From positions 1,740,492-1,804,491 of the forward strand of contig CAJINV010000012.1 in NCBI GenBank assembly GCA_905178155.1: a stretch of DNA of 64,000 nt, given 5' to 3'. The stretch's first letter is position 1. Each line of letters begins with the position of its first letter. Below are positions 63,301-64,000 of this stretch, piece by piece. A model generated the notes under the pieces. That model was given only the letters and a program-made list of their open reading frames with translations, was not told the origin of the DNA and made no database searches. The stretch comes from Amoebophrya sp. A120 (taxonomy: Eukaryota; Protista; Dinoflagellata). A program made the translations under genes and the position numbers.

Positions 63301-64000
63301 TCTGCTTATCCTGTTTGCAGCATTACAAGTGCCAAAACACGATTGGAAATGCCTCCCTTGGAGACGCGCATTACAAATGTTCCTGCAATTGCAAATCTGC
63401 ATGACAACTCTGGGGTGGGGACGTTTTTACACAGGATAAACCGAACCAAATAGATTTTCGCGGTGCAGGTGCTCGTCTGAAAGGTCAACGAGAATCCTAT
63501 GGAGAGGAAAAAACCCCCCTCCCCATATCGAAAAGGTATGTTTGCGAAAATTTGTCTTGCTGACTTGAGACCACAAATCACGTCTGTCTTGCAAGAAGAC
63601 AACTCCACAGGCTCTGCCGCATTGTGCAGGCGGTTTGTGATGCTGTTGGGCCTACAGCATAGACGTTTCTCATGCTAAGCGCTAGGCCAAAACTTCTCTA
63701 CTCAGGCTTGGCAGGAGCCTGCAGTCCTCTACTGCAAGACAAACGTGATTTGTATACGCAAATCCAGCATCAGAAACTTCCGTTTGATAATGGGAGGGGG
63801 GATTTTCCCTTGTGATAAATCCGCCAAAGCTGGTTCCCGAGACCTGCACATACCCCGACCCAGAGAACCCGTCTGCGAAATAGCCGCCCGGGGTGGTTGC
63901 AGCCGCGTTTTGCTTGGTCGCTAGAGTCGTGGAGCCGAATATGGCCGGAGTGACCGCACTCGTCTGCTCGGCTTGGTATACCCCGTCGCAGAAGTCTTGC
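24327..64000 (-). CDS. Giant modular extracellular/lectin-like protein, 5' end outside window (~6,970 codons in window, ~66 exons)
   Basis: Removing 63 introners (+5-nt DR each) and 2 GT-AG introns leaves 20,914 nt, in phase with the open frame at 64000. Order N to C: CBM6/35-like (YQAEQ...GFSGSGYV), C-type-lectin-like (AVNYC...AWIG), FTP/fucolectin-like (AELAVDGN...VRLTNR...LSLCEIEVYG), ~17 F.D.D.D..EI.G repeats, second CBM-like, YHYH domain, FN3-like C-terminus ending VFRAV*. Confidence 0.8.
24495..24631 (-). other. Canonical GT-AG intron (no TIR)
   Basis: gcg|gtagag...actcag|ccc keeps frame. Confidence 0.75.
24883..25154. mobile_element. Introner family B
   Basis: DR GGTTT. Confidence 0.9.
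27387..27651. mobile_element. Introner family B
   Basis: DR GTTGT. Confidence 0.9.
28240..28400. mobile_element. Introner family A
   Basis: DR AGTAA. Confidence 0.88.
28445..28658. mobile_element. Introner family C
   Basis: DR AGACC; interrupts YHYH motif LDGFPV|Y. Confidence 0.9.
28955..29237. mobile_element. Introner family E
   Basis: TIR ...aaaaacgYccccacYccagag; DR TACCT/TCCCT. Confidence 0.87.
30929..31164. mobile_element. Introner family B
   Basis: DR TCGTC. Confidence 0.9.
31350..31526. mobile_element. Introner family G
   Basis: DR TGTGG/TGTGC. Confidence 0.82.
31654..31915. mobile_element. Introner family B
   Basis: DR GTCGT. Confidence 0.9.
33531..33755. mobile_element. Introner family D
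   Basis: DR CTCCA. Confidence 0.9.
33796..33944. mobile_element. Introner family A
   Basis: DR AGGCG/AAGCG. Confidence 0.88.
34658..34810. mobile_element. Introner family A
   Basis: DR TTGTT. Confidence 0.9.
35349..35620. mobile_element. Introner family B
   Basis: DR TGAGT/TGAAT. Confidence 0.88.
35738..36055. mobile_element. Introner family F
   Basis: TIR tatcaaaaggaaaatccgccctcccc; DR GCCTA/ACCTA. Confidence 0.87.
36124..36268. mobile_element. Introner family A (left TAT mutated to AAT)
   Basis: DR AGAAA/AGAGG; frame restored. Confidence 0.83.
36896..37044. mobile_element. Introner family A
   Basis: DR GCTTT/GTTTT. Confidence 0.88.
38106..38366. mobile_element. Introner family B
   Basis: DR GATCG/GATCA. 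Confidence 0.88.
38532..38793. mobile_element. Introner family B
   Basis: DR ACAGA. Confidence 0.9.
38857..39011. mobile_element. Introner family A
   Basis: DR CGCCG/GGCCG. Confidence 0.88.
39343..39513. mobile_element. Introner family G
   Basis: DR GAGTT/AGGTT; degenerate TIR. Confidence 0.78.
39682..39969. mobile_element. Introner family E
   Basis: DR TCAAA. Confidence 0.88.
40025..40265. mobile_element. Introner family C (with internal ~30-bp duplication)
   Basis: DR GTGTT. Confidence 0.9.
40567..40777. mobile_element. Introner family C
   Basis: DR CGTTG; close relative of the 40025 copy. Confidence 0.9.
40841..41096. mobile_element. Introner family H
   Basis: Long TIR tatgacacgctcag..gttacaatctca; DR GAACT/AATCT. 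Confidence 0.85.
41220..41428. mobile_element. Introner family C
   Basis: DR AGTGC. Confidence 0.9.
42025..42259. mobile_element. Introner family H-related
   Basis: TIR tatggcgttctcaa..gttacattctcaac; DR CTGCG/CAGCG. Confidence 0.87.
42725..43948. repeat. GC-rich modular minisatellite with GCCACGTGGC palindromes
   Basis: Units of ~20/30 bp built from gcgtggcgc, cacgtggcgt, cacgggga, tcct. Confidence 0.93.
43953..44600. repeat. 24-bp tandem repeat with a perfect 16-bp palindrome GACCTGAATTCAGGTC (~27 copies)
   Basis: Unit gacctgaattcaggtc plus YccgRctR. Confidence 0.95.
45681..45943. mobile_element. Introner family B
   Basis: DR TGAAG. Confidence 0.9.
45990..46241. mobile_element. Introner family B
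   Basis: DR GGGCC/GGTCC. Confidence 0.88.
46374..46622. mobile_element. Introner family B
   Basis: DR GAGGT/GGGGT. Confidence 0.87.
46714..46863. mobile_element. Introner family A
   Basis: DR TACAA. Confidence 0.9.
47409..47673. mobile_element. Introner family B
   Basis: DR AGGAG/AGCAG. Confidence 0.88.
47743..48002. mobile_element. Introner family H
   Basis: DR CTGGG/CTGGA; inverted relative of the 40841 copy. Confidence 0.88.
48049..48303. mobile_element. Introner family B
   Basis: DR AATTC. Confidence 0.9.
48403..48655. mobile_element. Introner family B
   Basis: DR TCAAC. Confidence 0.9.
49610..49891. mobile_element. Introner family E
   Basis: Near-perfect TIR tatcctgagtaaaaacgtacccac; DR GCTGT. 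Confidence 0.92.
49929..50137. mobile_element. Introner family C
   Basis: DR CGTAA. Confidence 0.9.
50541..50755. mobile_element. Introner family B
   Basis: DR ACGAT/GCGGT. Confidence 0.85.
51212..51420. mobile_element. Introner family C
   Basis: DR AACCA. Confidence 0.9.
51559..51708. mobile_element. Introner family A
   Basis: DR GGTGG. Confidence 0.9.
52473..52623. mobile_element. Introner family A
   Basis: DR AGATG. Confidence 0.9.
52684..52991. mobile_element. Introner family I-related
   Basis: TIR tataggagtgtcaggattgaaatcg; DR GCCGT/GTCGT. Confidence 0.87.
53170..53497. mobile_element. Introner family F (left terminus CAT)
   Basis: DR GACGG. Confidence 0.87.
54225..54492. mobile_element. 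Introner family B
   Basis: DR GTCTC/GTCTT. Confidence 0.88.
54615..55784. mobile_element. Introner family I hosting a nested Helitron-like element
   Basis: TIR tatgaaagcctcag..tggaaatcctcaa; DR AGGTA; an uninterrupted sister copy lies at 62759. Confidence 0.9.
54652..55516 (+). mobile_element. Non-autonomous Helitron-like element
   Basis: Inserted between A and T with no TSD (empty site seen in 62759 copy). 3' hairpin GCCCCGGC-gtca-GCCGGGGC (55489-55508) followed by CTGG; 5' end TTACTATCTATT. Confidence 0.72.
55829..55978. mobile_element. Introner family A
   Basis: DR TGGTC. Confidence 0.9.
56372..56579. mobile_element. Introner family C
   Basis: DR CGGCA. Confidence 0.9.
56882..57144. 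mobile_element. Introner family B
   Basis: DR TGTTG/CGTTG. Confidence 0.88.
57242..57353. mobile_element. Short introner (112 bp, C-like termini)
   Basis: DR TCAAG. Confidence 0.87.
57394..57646. mobile_element. Introner family B
   Basis: DR GTCAC. Confidence 0.9.
57733..57911 (-). other. GT-AG intron, possibly a decayed introner
   Basis: acg|gtatga...catcag|acg keeps frame; residual DR GACGG/GACGA. Confidence 0.72.
57958..58222. mobile_element. Introner family B
   Basis: DR CGCTG. Confidence 0.9.
58279..58576. mobile_element. Introner family E
   Basis: DR TTTTC/TCTTC. Confidence 0.86.
58621..58832. mobile_element. Introner family C
   Basis: DR AACCG/ACCCA. Confidence 0.85.
58872..59019. 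mobile_element. Introner family A
   Basis: DR CACCT; interrupts CEIEV|YG. Confidence 0.9.
59212..59475. mobile_element. Introner family B
   Basis: DR GTTTT. Confidence 0.9.
59596..59804. mobile_element. Introner family C
   Basis: DR TGCAA. Confidence 0.9.
60067..60388. mobile_element. Introner family F
   Basis: DR TTGCA/TTACA. Confidence 0.87.
60462..60684. mobile_element. Introner family D
   Basis: DR GCGGC/GCTGC. Confidence 0.88.
60786..61055. mobile_element. Introner family B
   Basis: DR GCCTA. Confidence 0.9.
61126..62108. mobile_element. Introner family A hosting a nested TIR element
   Basis: DR TTGTA; the family A sequence resumes after the insert. Confidence 0.88.
61171..61999. 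mobile_element. Non-autonomous TIR element with 4-bp TSD TGCA
   Basis: TIR tgacgtggcctaggta / taccgaggcgacgtca; internal caccgagg/cctcggtg subterminal motifs. Confidence 0.78.
62300..62447. mobile_element. Introner family A
   Basis: DR TAGCT. Confidence 0.9.
62759..63072. mobile_element. Introner family I
   Basis: DR ACTGT. Confidence 0.9.
63161..63438. mobile_element. Introner family E
   Basis: DR AGTCG/AACCG. Confidence 0.85.
63498..63817. mobile_element. Introner family F
   Basis: DR AATCC. Confidence 0.9.

Noticed and set aside
24578-63608. Recurrent short ORF peptides such as [24 protein letters not shown]
   Set aside because: They are translations of introner TIRs, not a protein repeat family.
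24327-64000. Interpretation as many small genes or a TE-riddled pseudogene
   Set aside because: Frame is restored at the junctions checked, domain motifs run across insertions, and long exons have no stops.

Overview
Eukaryotic, gene-dense DNA. Its architecture matches parasitic syndinian dinoflagellates such as Amoebophrya (inferred, not proven). Four recognisable genes are present: the 3' end of a long-chain acyl-CoA synthetase (+), leucine carboxyl methyltransferase LCMT1/PPM1 (+), an ADAM-like metalloprotease-disintegrin (-), and a giant modular surface/lectin protein (-, 24327 to beyond 64000, about 6,970 codons in the window). These genes are interrupted by 74 introner-like elements in about 10 families. 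Most are 112-328 bp, with TAT...ATA terminal inverted repeats, 5-bp direct repeats (DR/TSD) and a shared GCATNACAAA motif. Removing each element plus one DR copy restores the reading frame of all four genes (manual mod-3 check), but there is no consistent GT-AG. Larger mobile elements (hAT-like, Helitron-like, a 4-bp-TSD element, a palindromic minisatellite block, a LINE) are nested inside these introns. Coordinates were read by hand and may be off by 1-2 nt.
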